Source: Antedon mediterranea (Eukaryota; Animalia; Echinodermata). Taken from it: 64,000 bases of DNA. Where the stretch lies: positions 6,718,101 to 6,782,100 of the forward strand of contig NC_092677.1 in NCBI RefSeq assembly GCF_964355755.1, read 5' to 3'. Positions 1 to 13,600 of the stretch are shown in pieces. Both the position numbers and the translations under genes were made by a program. Below the pieces are notes generated by a model that worked only from the letters and a program-made list of their open reading frames with translations, was not told the DNA's origin and did not search any database. Positions within the stretch are counted from its first letter, which is position 1. The number at the start of each line of letters is the position of its first letter.

Positions 1-592
1 ATTATATTAAAAAAAAATGTTTGTATTGATTATAAACTGGAACTTTTGAAGTACTGTATTTGATTAATAATATAATTGACTCAGACTGATAAATGTAAAC
101 ATAAATTCTATAAGCAAACGCACGTTGGTATCATGCTCGTTAGTTATGAAGGAAAAAATAAATATTACTTTGCACCATGGTAGTCTATAAACAGTATGTA
201 CAATAACTACCAGTGTAATATTTATATGTTCAGCAAGTGTAAATTCTGGCTAACAGCATCTGTTTTATTTCTATTGCATAATTGACTGTTGAAGGAGCAG
301 TGATATCTTCACACTGCTGTGTACTCTCAGTAGCAAAGAATTTTAATAGCTATTAATAGAGATCATGTGTATCATTTATTAGTTATTAGTTAATCATCAC
401 ATTTGTGATTCAAATAAGATTTATTTGGTTCTTATGTTATGGAAACGCATGTAATAGGCTCATCAAAATAACATAACAGTATACAAATAATGAGGTTTTC
501 ACCCAAATAACTGGTTGAATGGCATTTCAAATACATTCAACATTAGTTGTTTTCAACTATTATTATGAGGAAATGTCAGTTACTTACTGGTT

Positions 593-700
593 ACCGTATT
601 TGAATAAACAACACCCCGCTTTGAAAGAACGCCCCTCTCGAATAAACGCCTCTATAGAACATAATTTGGAATCAACGCCCTCTTAGAATAAACGCCCCGG
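593..700 (+). mobile_element. End of a TACCGTA-type TIR element with GAATAAACGCC subterminal repeats
   Basis: TACCGTATT followed by 4-5 copies of GAATAAACGCCC-like sequence. Confidence 0.45.
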
Positions 701-1512
701 CACATGCATATACTGTACACACAAAATATTGTACAACGCATTTCTATTTGTAGTTACACTCATTGATTGATATGATCTACAATTTTCCAAGCATTTTGAT
801 ACAATTTTTACTGTATTTTATAACTTCTTAATCTTAATATTGCATTGTATTTTTTCATCTAATCTAAGGGGTATTTATTTGATTATACATGTTACTACAG
901 TATTAGAATTACATCCACAAAAATAAATGCCTCCCTCAAATAAAAAAGGTTTTTAAATTTTTCCTGTGTCTGTTGCAAAGAAATTGAGAATACTGTATTC
1001 GCATGGTTGAATCGATACTGCTGTATTGCATTGCATTTGCAGCTTTTATAACCAAATTTATCTTCTCATTTCGTTGTAAACTTGTCGTTCTTAAAATCAG
1101 ACTCAGATTGGTATCGGGTTTCTCGCGTCAAATTAGCTTTGATTGAAGACGTATCAAACGCATTCCTAATTGTAGGCTTCTGTATGCAGTATTTGATTGG
1201 ACAATCATTTTCAACATCAAGTCAATCATTTTATTCGTTAACGTCCATGTTTATTGGCATCGCGTTCTAATTGGATTCACATGTTACAAGTTAATAAATG
1301 TTTTCAGCGTCATTTCAAACTTAATTATAATCATTTATTACGAAGACTTGTCATGTCAGAATACTTCATCGTCGTGATACTACTGGAGTATCATTGAATA
1401 TGAATTGAGTTTTGCATTTAAATACCAAGTTTTTTTTAATTTATTTTATGTCTTTAGGCAATGTGAATTAATCACTGTCCTATCAGATAAGTGGTAATCT
1501 AATCTATTTTGT

Positions 1513-1744
1513 GAACCAGTTCACCGGGGTAACCCCCTACTCTTTTCGAATAATGAACTGGGTTCTTTAAAGTGCACACAGGTTATACTGTAACTGTGTA
1601 CACTGGACCTACGGTTTATAGTCCTTATCCGAGAAGACTTGTTCCATCACCAGAACTAGAAGCGAATCGGCCTCAAACCCTTGCCGATGTTGTTGGCTCT
1701 TTAGATACGGTAAACGGCGTCCCTGCCTTAACCGCTCGGCCATT
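1513..1744 (-). mobile_element. tRNA-headed SINE with Deu/Nin-like core
   Basis: Reverse strand reads TGGCCGAGCGGTTAAG...GGACTATAAACCGTAGGTCC...TTAAAGAACCC...AAGAGTAGGGGGTTACCCCGGTG; related copies elsewhere in the window. Confidence 0.75.
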
Positions 1745-4464
1745 TAACTCGTTAATAATAAATGTATTTTCACTGCAGTACAGTACTTCCAGTTCAGTGT
1801 TGTTTACTAAAGGGAACATTTCAAAATTATTCTAATGCAGTAACTACTTTCCTTTAATTTGACTGAAAAGCATACAATACAGTACAACTGCTTAGAAAAT
1901 TCCCACACAAGGCTTTGGAAAATTTGTTTTTTTACATGTTTGTATTATCGTTGATTAATAATTAACTATCACTATCATAAGTCTGGTCAGTCACAAAAAA
2001 AAAATCTAGAATTCTGTAGCTTACTTACAATAAATTGTTTATTGCATTTTATAATGATTATATTTTGCTTGAATAATAAAAAGTATTGATAACATTTCAA
2101 CTTCTTGCACTCGATTTTTCGGCATACAACTTCTTACTGTTACTAAAAATTGTATTAGCTTGGAATTTCCCACACAAGATAGTTTAAATTAAACTTGTTA
2201 TCATTAATTAATAATTAACGAGCTATCACTATCATACATGTAAGTGTAATTACTGTATATCAACATAGACCACTTTATTTCATAATCAATTGCCCTCTTA
2301 TTTATTTTAACACCATAAACCTACTTCACTACGTTATGGATGCAGTAGCTATAATTTATGGACATTATTTTGATAAATTGTATAGCTCCCTTTGTACAAT
2401 AATTAGTTGGAAACCTTTTAATTAAAATTGAAGAATTGATACAGAAGGATACTTCTTACAGTACAGTATGTAAAGAAATTATTATTATTGCCTAATTTTA
2501 AGCAAGCATCAATTAAGAAACAGTCAACAGCAGAATTTTTAAATTTAAATTATAACAGATATTTTTGGAAGAGTTTTTTGTAGTTTTGCTAAAAAATAAA
2601 TCCTCTTGAGCCAAAATCCAAATATAATAACACTTGGGCAACACCAACTATTTTTGTTTAGTTACTCCTAATCCTAATTAATAGATTTTATTTTGATTTT
2701 TTTTAACACCACTAATATAATGATTTGAGATGAAAACATGTGATAAGAAATAACAATTAAACTATAAGATCTTATAAAGACTAAATTAATATACTGTAGT
2801 AGAAAGTTGTCATTTTCTTTAAATTCTTTTCTTATCATAATTGCTAATTCAATTGTACTACAATTGAGTAATTCAAATTGTTTGTTCATTTGATATTATA
2901 AGATAGTTTGTGTATGAGACTGCCTCAGCTGTGACACACTGATGTTCATCGTTTTATCATAAATTGATTATGATTAAATATTTAAATTATTTCCCATATG
3001 GTTTATTCAATGCCAAGTCAGCAGCATATCATTGCAACACAAAAGGACACCAGATTATATAATCTTTGAAAATAAAACATTGATGCATCACGTTTATTTT
3101 ATTTGTTGAATAAGGGTTATTTCATTTGGGTGCAGGAAAGCGTCATTGCTGAAGAATTGTAAACATATTATTATTTCGTCTTCAGGAATGTTTTTTAAAG
3201 TCCGAGCAGAAATCATTCGTTGCAAACTAAATATTGCCTGCTTTTTAAAGGAAATATTAGATTCTGTTAGTTACTAATTAATAAATTTACATTCAAGCTG
3301 TTTCTATCTAGTCTCAAAAGGCTATAAATGTTTATGTTTTTACTGATTCTGGCTGAATTAACTACTTATAGTGTACAATACCAGTAAGTTAACGTTTAAG
3401 TGTGCACAGTAAAACTGGATATTGTGAGATTAATCTCAAATAGGAGTGTTGTGTCAACCAGCTTACATTTTGGATTTTTAAGTATTATACTCAATATTGA
3501 ATTATAGCTAAGCTGTATGCTGATAGTGCTCATGATGAGATTCATGTTTCAGTGTAAATACACCTTATCGAAAATGTGAAATTACCATAGGAATATCCTG
3601 TTGTATTTGATATTGTTGGAAGAATATATGGAATTTTTAAACTGATGTTTGCCTGTACAGTACTGTTTACTGTACAGTATGTATCGTCCATTAATTAAAG
3701 ATCCAGAGATAATTAATAAGGATTGCTGCAGATTGGGAAATTGAGGATTGGTGAATTTTACATTGCAAACAGAAGGATTTGCATATTGTATTTTGATTAG
3801 TAAGATATTATCATAAAATTGTACTGTTCCAGCCTGTCATGTTCTTTGATGACATATTCAGTCCTTTTAATAGAGCTTCAGACATTGAATGCAAATACAA
3901 GAATCCACTTTGGAATCCACTCAACATTATGTATTTTGATTCGCAAGATATTTTTTTAATGTACGGTTCCAGGTCAAGTTATTTGGCGACATTTAAGTTT
4001 CATTGAACATCGAAAATTCTTAGTAGAACTTGCGGAACAATTGAATTTAAGTACATGAGATTAAATAGCTTTTAATCAACCATAATAATTGATATTTAAA
4101 AAAAGTAGACGTGCTGATACTGTAACCAGGTTTTCAATGAAAGTAAAAAGCTTTTACTGAATATAATATCTTTCCTGAGATAATTCAGATTTGCATTTTA
4201 ATATTTTCTATATTAAAATTAGATTAATCTACTATCTCATCTGTAATCCGGAGAAATTGTAAGGAAATTGTGGATGTATTTAGAATGCTGTGCTCGTTGA
4301 TATCCAGAAATAGAGAAAAATCAATCAAATTTACGAAATACTGTTGTACACAAATGCATTGACCATCACATTAGCATAGTAAATAGACGAAGGTTGAATT
4401 TCACTTTGCGTGTGCACCATATTGTATTATCAGATACTGTATCACTCTGTGTGCATTTTAAAGA

Positions 4465-4618
4465 ATGGAGGACGAACTGGAATTATTAACTGGAAATGTG
4501 GAAGGGGAGAATGAGCCAGATGGATCGATTCCATGGTACCGTCGTCATATAGAGGATGTTAAATATTATCTGATGTGGTTTCTGTTTTACATTGTTATAT
4601 TATTTACATTAATACTTG
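4465..4618 (+). CDS. PIEZO: Piezo exon 1 (MEDELE...FTLILG)
   Basis: ATG, hydrophobic TM1-like end, donor G|GTGAGA in phase 1 matching exon 2. Confidence 0.8.
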
Positions 4619-7600
4619 GTGAGAATGATGTGGAGAATGTCTTTTTTTTCTGAATTTTAAAAATTATTTAATATCATGTTGTACAGTAAATGCATATAGA
4701 GTAAATTTAATTGTAAATACTTTCAGTTTAATGTTCTTAGTACTGTAAAGTATATTTCTGTTATACATGTATTTGATTGGAAGATTGTGGGTCACATGAC
4801 ATGTTAATAACCTTTCATCTTTCAGCTTATGAACTTATTTGTACCATTACATCCATGTGGATAATAAAAGGCCTACCGACATTTTTACAATATTCAAAAG
4901 ACCATAGTAGTATTTTTATGACAGTTTTCGTCTACAATATCTTTCTTAAAGCACCATCTTTACAATTGTCTTGTTGTGCTATTTTTTAGTATGAATGAAT
5001 TTCATATTTGAATAATAAAATTAAATTTAATCTTGAATTACATTTAAAATAATTTAATATCAATGTACTTCATTTCTTTTTTCTAGGTACACTATTTAGG
5101 TACAATGGACTATCATTTGTATATCTGCTCCTCTTAATGTGTGTGCCCTTACTTCAAAGCCCTACGGCGCAATCTATGAAAGGTAAGAATACATTTACTG
5201 TATAGATAAAAACGGGCAAATTGAAATTCTACATTTTCAGCCTAAAACTGTACTCTATTGTGTAAATGTTACTAGTATTAGTAATGCTAATTATGTAATT
5301 TGGTTATGTTGCCTTAGTACAGCATCAGTTGAAAAGCAAGTTTGTCCGCACAATGTTCCTTTCTCTCTCCCTTTGTAGCTGATTTTATTTTATTGTAATG
5401 TGTTGAAAAGAAACTAATTTTGGCAAAAAATTGAAAATAGAAAATAGAGATCCATAATTTTATGTGCAATATAATGATTTAAAAATGGGTTTGTTTATTA
5501 ATAATAATATAAATCTAATTTTTATTTTTTCAGGAGCTACAGGGAAATATCTAAAGATAGTTGTTGCGTTCAGTGCTGCTGCGTCAATTGGTCAGCTTAT
5601 ATTTCAAATAGTACTACTTATCATTGGCTATGGTGAACTGGACTTTCTAGATGGATGTAAGTTATTTTAGACCACAACAAAACACTGGTTTGTTTTGTTT
5701 CATTTGACTGGAATTTATTAAGTATTTCATTAAAATCTCTACATAATCTACCTTTGTTCAAATCTAACCTAAAAAAGTCTTTGGTCGCAGCATATGGCAG
5801 CTAAATCTCCTGTTCTTGTTCTTGTTTCCTTTCTTCTTCGCTTGAATTGAATTACCTTATCATATTGTTCATCTTGTAATTGTACAATTGTCTTAGCAAT
5901 TTAAGCTTCTGTATTTTTATTGTAAGCCGGACTGCTATGCTATACCTACAGTACATTATTTATTTTTTTACTTTTAACCCTTTTTAACTGGTGGTCATGA
6001 CTTAAAGTTGTCCGCAACTTATTTTAACCTCCATCTGCACATTTTTTATGTTTTTATGTTTATTGTAATTTTTAAGTTATGTGTCTATCTTATTTGCAAT
6101 TTGTAACTTTTATCTTTTATTTTAAAATGTGTGGAGAAACTAATAAAACAAACAAAACTGGCTGGTTCGTTTTAAACCTAACAGATAACCCCTGTGCAGT
6201 AATTTCCAATTTTAAAAAAAAATAGTAAAAAATTCCAGTGTTTTACTTTAAAATGTACAGAAAGTAGGTTGAGTTATTTTGAGTACCACTCAAAATGGTA
6301 ATAACCTTTGACCTTCAGATGTAATTACTGTATTGTTGCTGGTCACACAGTATGCCACAGAAAGTACTATGTTTAATTTATCCATGGAGGTATACCTCCA
6401 TGATTTATCTATCAATTACAGTTTATCAACAAATTCATTATATTAACCACTTCTACTTGACTGTTATAGAACTATCTTGGCCATCTGTGAAAGATAATAA
6501 ATATCTAGTATTTAGATAAATGCTAGATGATCAACTTTCACCATCAATTCCTAAATTGGATTTAGTTATTACATTACGTTATGGAATAAACAAGAAAAAA
6601 TTTTGAAAAGAGCAACAATAATTGTGCAAAAAAAGCAAAATCTATAACGTAAGGAATTCTGTTTGAGCATTGTTCCCAGACCCTCTTCAGCTCATCTCCC
6701 CCCATTTCTTTTTTTCAACCCATCTTGAATTGTAAATTACAATCTTTGACATTGATAATAATAGATAGTAATTATAAACTGTTCTACTTTTTTCAGGTAC
6801 AGAAGCCGAGAAAGTTCTAAGGCAAATAGGTTTTCAAAGGTATTGTTGTATTTTCTCATATTAATGTGTAAGTGAAGGTTTAGTATGACTTGAACGAACT
6901 ATAACATGACCATTTTATGACCTTAAGGATTAATGCCTCTTGTTTATATTATATGAACTTCCTTCCTTTGTACTGTAGTATAGAAGAGAGTATTTATTTA
7001 TATATAACCCTGTTTCTAAATGGTTGTAAATTCACAGGCTAGATGTTACTGCACTATCATCTATTAGACTTGTTGCTCCAGATGTTATAGTGTTTATTGT
7101 GTCTGGCATTGTCCTAGCATCATGCCACAAGCTACTGGCCCAAGAGCGGGCCCAAGAAACAACGCAATCTGCAATGTCCAACACGGTGTACAAACGCAAA
7201 AAAGAAAAACGATCAATCGTCATCGCTGGTCTGCGCGGACTTCTTACGATGACGCTGTTGGCATTCGCTGCCATCATCGAACCTTCAATGATTTCCGCTG
7301 TTTATTTTGTATCGTTTCTGGTTGTCGTCACCTGGTGGTCTTTGTACAAGACGACGGGGAACCGGTTCATCTACTGGCAGGGTTGTTGGATGGTGTTCAG
7401 TGGATTTCATCTGGTTTTACTTTATCTTTGCCAATTCCAATTCTTTCAAGATAATGTTGATTTTGATGATCTTGCAGCCAGGTAAAAATACCAATGCTTT
7501 TCTGATTTTATGTTAAAGCCTTTATTTTTATTAAATTTGCATTAACTTCTGTAAAAAAACTAGATTTATTAAAGTATAATTGATCAGGATTTAAATACCC

Positions 7601-10600
7601 ACACACTTTTCTTATCTTCCTTTAAAAAAAAAAGGTTGATTGGACTTAAAGCAGTGATAAAGACAGACTGTAGTGGAAGTGGTAAAGCTGCATATGAACT
7701 CAGGTTAAATGATGACCTTCTTTGGCCTGCGTTTGTCAACCCTGGTGCAGTATTACTCCTCTATTGGTACTGCGCCCTCGAGGTTCGTCGATGTTTGGAA
7801 GGACCAGTAAGTGTGACTTTTTACAATTTTCAAAAACTTCTTTTGATTATAAAGGCTGTTTTTGATTGCCTCCCTATGCACCTGGTTTTTTGTGCGATTC
7901 ATACCTTTCACCTATGGCGTGCTTATTGTGCCATAATTGTTCAGATGACCAATACCTTCGTTTGTACATAGGCAAATATATGCTTATTTGTATGGTTGTA
8001 ATTGGCAGGAATGGAAAGACAAATTATTGAAATCTTCCACTCAACCTAAAGTTTATCGCAAGGCCTTTCATATTAACATAGCTCCCATAAAAAAAAAACT
8101 TACCCTAAAAGTACTATTTTATTATGCATTTTTGTTTAGCTACCCATTCCTAATTTTGTTTATACCATTCCTTATATATATCTAGCTACAGTACTTACCT
8201 TAGTTTTTAATAATAATTTGTGGGTTTGGCCAATCCTCGGGTACATTGGTAAGTTAAAAAAATTCACCAAATTCATTTTTTTTTTAAATTCTTATTGTTA
8301 GAACAGAACAGTTTTCTAACCTTAAACTTATGTCACAGGTCATAGTTGACACTACATTTAACTGCAAAAAATATTTAATTTTAAAAAATGTGTTCAATTT
8401 CTTATTATAAACTCTTCTAGTGCCTTTCACTAAGAGATAAGAGAAGTAATCAGTTGACTGGTTACAAGAGGTATAAGGAGGTAATAACACAAACGCATCA
8501 ATGCTTAATTGTCCAATCATTAATAATAATGTACTTAATATCCTTATATCATTTTGTATATTTTATTTATGCTAATAGTAATAGTGTACTAATACTTTAT
8601 TATTATTAAATCGTGGTTCAGGATTTATATATCAAACAAATCATTTTAATATCTAGATTGTTTGTTTTTTGCATTGTTTTCCCTTTTAGTCCTATTGTAT
8701 TATAAGTTTAAAATTGCAAGACTAATACAATTATAATAATAAACAAATTTTTTTGTACCATGTATAAACTATGCACAAATCATAATTTCAAAGAAAAACA
8801 TTTCTCTTCTCCATTTTGGTTTAACTTTTCATTCCAAGATCACGTTTCATTTTCATTTACTGCACATACTCAACCATTATACGGCTTTACCACGTTGAAA
8901 CACCGGTTCTCGTCAGATCACCGAAGTTAAGCAACGTTGGGCCTGGTTAGAGCTTGGATGGGAGACCATCTGGAATAGCGGGTGCTGTATACGGAGCTGG
9001 GGTCCCGTTAGGCATTTGAAATCAGCACTCTTATGGCAGTCCCTACATCTAGTATCTGCCTCAGACCTCTGGTCAAGGTGGACACTGGACGAGAGAAGCC
9101 CTTGATCAATGTCAGGACCAATCAAGGTGCTTAACAGTCCTGGCTTTGTTTGTATCAAACCTGTTAGTGGCGGTAATTATCGCTGTTGGTTTCGATTGAA
9201 TAAAATAAAAAATTAAATAAAAATTCCTGTTAGATACAAAATAAACAAGGTCAGATACATGGCTTCAGTCGCGTGCTCAAATTTGAGTTGATGTTTACCG
9301 ACCGATCTATCAACAGACCGACATAGAGCTGTAGAGTCGAGTTTGCACGTAACTAAACAGTTTGGAGTTTCCTGGTTGAAGGATGAGATTGATAAAAAGC
9401 ACATTGGTGATTGTGCATGAAAATGTTTCCACATTGAGAGGGAGATACCTGGGGTATAGGCTTATACAGGGTCACCACAGCTACAGTAGAACTGCTCCAT
9501 TGGGATACCCCTTAAAGACATTTTCCTTTGAAACGAACAAGGGAAATTATTGTTGGGTCTTAAATGTGTTCCTAGTTGTTCTACTAATTGTCATTTTGAT
9601 GTTCATAAGATCATTCATGAATTATCGTTAATCAAAGACATCATCTCATTTACATAATGTTAGTTTATTTGGTGTGCTTTTATGTTGGTATTCTCACATT
9701 CCTACACAGCAACATGGGTATGACCAGTTAACTGGCCAAGATGGTCTGGTGAGTAGTGGATCAAATTTAGATTAACTTCTGACATTGTCCACAATTGTTA
9801 TCGGGCGCACTTGGCGTGCCATACTTGTCATTGTTTTTGCTTGTTGACTGATTATGCGAGGTACGCGAATTCTGGGAATAAATTAGTTGTGTTAAATAAA
9901 ATAAAAAATTCAGCTTTAAAAACAACTTAAAAGAGCAGATTTTGGAAATAACCTGTTAATTAATAGCATTTTTTATGAAACAATGCCAAAACTGTACTGA
10001 GCAACAGAGTGCTATGTAAATCATCTGCACATGCTTTCAAGCGTTGTGATAGCTCTCCATCATTGCCTCTGAGACTTTCCTGGAAGATTAGTTTTAAAGA
10101 AAGTACAGATTTTATTGACGTCCTTTGCTCTGTTACTTTTGAAGTGCCACTTCCAAAATGTCTGTCTTTTGAGTTGTACACTAATTTAAACAAATAATTT
10201 ATTCACTCAACAAGCTCATCTTGCTTAATCAGCCAATATGCAAAGACAACGTTGGTGGCATACCAAAGAAACCCCTTCACAGTTGTCAACTGACGCCATG
10301 TCACAGCCTTCTGTTGCTAAGCAACGACTGTGTTGCATGGCATCAAAATTATACTACAAGGATTAGTGACATTCTGTACTTGCGTTAACTGCTCCTTCAT
10401 CCACTTTGGTCCTTTTTTTTTTGTTCTAATTTGTTTGCTTTTTTCTGCATTATCACAAGTATCTATATAACCTTCTCTTCCTCTATTTCGGTCTTTTGAT
10501 ACAATTTTTTTTAATTTCTTTTTATGCTTTGTACTTGTAAAATATTTATTTCACCTTTTTTTTCATCCACTTGGGTTTTCTTTCTTTCTTTCTTTCTTTA

Positions 10601-13600
10601 TTTACCCATAAATATAAATTATAAACATTGTAATAATATACAAATAAAAATAATTATATCAAGGGAAGGGCTAAAAAATAGTTAAAACTAATCAAGTTCA
10701 GCCCCTAAACATTGAAGTATAAATAGTTATATAAATAAATTAGGGCAACTTGTCTAAAATAAAATTAATATACATAAACATTTTTTTTTTTTTTCTTAAA
10801 TACACTTTCTCTCAAATATATACAATATAATTAATTCTCTTATAAAATAAATAAATATCACTATACAAACAAATAGTTTTAACTTTGCTTCTAATGTTCT
10901 TGATTCTTCTGCTTTGTCGCTCATATTTATTTCACCTTATTTCCATCTTACTTTTGGTTCAATTTAGTCAATTTCTTTTTTTGCTTCTGCTTTTTACATA
11001 TCTACCTTTTCATCCACTTTAGTCTTACTTTTTTTTTTTTGCTTTTTCACTCATTTATGTCACTTTTTTTTTTCATCCACTTTGGTCTTATTCATTGTTT
11101 GGTGTTTCTTCTCTATTTCAAGTTTAAAGTTCATTTAATTCTTCATTCTACCATACCCATTAATATAATATACAACATCTGACTATCTGTACATTATACT
11201 AAGCTATTTTACTAAATACATTTTTTTTATTACTTTTTATTTACAATTAAAATCACAAATATTGTATTATTACATTTTGGTTTTCTTTCCTTTAAATAAT
11301 ATTTTTAAAAAGTCTACAATTATTTATTCCAATTAATTCTTAGAAAAATGTATAAATGCTTTCGAAAATAACAAGCAATTACTTGCCTGTTATTAATGTC
11401 ACATAATTGCCCATTCTAATATGCAGTGCAGTACTATCAAATTAACTTATAAAACAACATTATACTTTAATGTGTTCACATTTCTTCTTTAAAGTGCTGA
11501 CTTGTACTATATTGCATTGCATATTACAAATCACTAAAGGTTATACTGTACAGGCGACACAGCACTATGACATGAAACCGAGCAAGCAATTCACAGTCTG
11601 CATACATATACAAGCGTACTGTTAATAAATCTTAGTCTAGGCTATCCAACTAGTTTGACAAAAAAAGTGTGATCCATATATGGACACGATGGTGTCATGT
11701 CACTACCATATTTAGGCACATCTCACTTGTTTAGTCAAATTTTATAGTGTATACAGAGGTTTAGGCAATGAGCATCTCCCAATTTGGCGTTTTCTGGAGG
11801 TTACGTGGAAGGAGACAACGGGAGGTTGTGTAGGTACTTATTATGTGACAAAACGATTGTGTCTCGGAAAGCATCCAACGACATTCATGGTTGACTGACT
11901 TCCACATCTAACTTCCCAGTCACTATGTGACTTGCAAGAACTCCACAAGTCATAATTAGAATACCAATAACTAGCAGAGGATGTACAGTACCTGTAAACA
12001 GATAGATTTTATTGTAATTTCTGGCATTATTGCAGTATTTGTAGTAGTACTACAAATCATTTTACTTCTTACAATAAACTTTGCGTTAATCTTAAGTGAC
12101 ATGCTTATCTTTTGTTCAAAACAATATTTCTGCCAATATATGCCCCATACAAGTGCTATAATTTGCTAGCCATAATACTCGCTTAATATAAAGAAAAATA
12201 TAAAGACAATTTTCTTTTAATTATAATTTTAAAACTGCTCATGATGTTTTTTAAATGAAAAAAGGGTTATTTTTTTGGGAATTTAATAATAATAGTGTTC
12301 ACGACTTTTAAGACAGTTTTAGGAGATTTGGTTGTAAATGAAAGTGTATTGGTTGGCATCATTGACTAATTTCATTTTTGTAAAGTACACAAATCATAAT
12401 TTTCAAATTCTTACTTTCTTCCTTTAATTAAAAAAAAAAGCTACTACAGTAGTAGATGTTCTGCAAAATCTTATTTATTTAATATTATTGTACTACACAT
12501 ACTAATAGTGTAATGCTCTATTTTCATGTACACAGCTTTATCTGTATAAACTAACACTTGATTACTTACTATATTTTTTAATGTTCAAAGCCCACCATTG
12601 TGTAAGACATTTTGTGTGCGAGAAGTCGGCACCGTTGAGAGAAGGTGACACATTGTTAGAGAAGGTGGCACCGTTGAGAGAAGGTGGCACATTGTTAGAG
12701 AAGGTGGCACCGTTGAGAGAAGGTGGCACCGGTGAGAGAAGGTGGCACCGTTGAGAGAAGGTGGCACTGTGTGAGAGAAGGTGGCACATTTTGAGAGAAA
12801 GTGGCACCATGTGAGAGAAGGTGGCACTGTGTGAGAGAAGATGGCACATTATGAGAGAAGGTAGCACATTATGAGTGAAGTTGACACAGTGGGAGAGAAG
12901 AGGGCACATTATTAGAGAAGGTGTAAAAGTGTGAATGAAGGTTGACGATGTGAGTATGAGAGAAGGTGGCACGGTGTTAGAGAAGGTGGCACTGTGTGAG
13001 AGAAGGTGGCACATTATGAGAGAAGGTGGCACATTATGAGAGAAGGTGGCACATTATGAGTGAAGTTGACACAGTGGGAGAGAAGATGGCACATTATTAG
13101 AGAAGATGTAAAAGTGTGAATGAAGGTTGCACGATGTGAGTATGAGAGAAGGTGGCACGGTGTGAGAGAAGGTGGCACTGTGTGAGAGATGGCAATGTGT
13201 GAATAAAGGTTGTACAGTGTGTGTGAAGATGGAACATTGTGAGTGAAGGTGATACACTGTATTCACCCTAAAGATCCATTTATTCTGTGATTACATTATA
13301 GGCTAATAAATAAATGTTTTCAGTGATTTCTTTTTTATTTTTAAAGGAGTTAGTGGAAGTGCAGGCAAAACCAAAAAAACATCACCACAAAAAGAAGTCT
13401 GGTGAACATCAGGTACACTCTCTTACTTTATTATAAATTCATTTCTTTTAATTTTTTACATTTCAATTTCTTAATAACCCATTCATTTTGTATTACAATA
13501 TATTACATACACTTTTTAAAATGTGTTATGTATTTTTTCATTAACAGTTAATGGTCGCCTTACCATGACCTCTAATTATTTTTCAACCTTAATTACAATT

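Noticed and set aside
8878-8993. Functional 5S rRNA gene
   Set aside because: Single copy with altered ends, changes in the internal promoter region and no T-run terminator; better explained as a SINE head.
11554-11595. Possible phase-0 exon ATQHYDMKPSKQFT, and nearby ATG segment 11768-11824
   Set aside because: Weak pyrimidine tract and poor donors; cannot be supported without transcripts.
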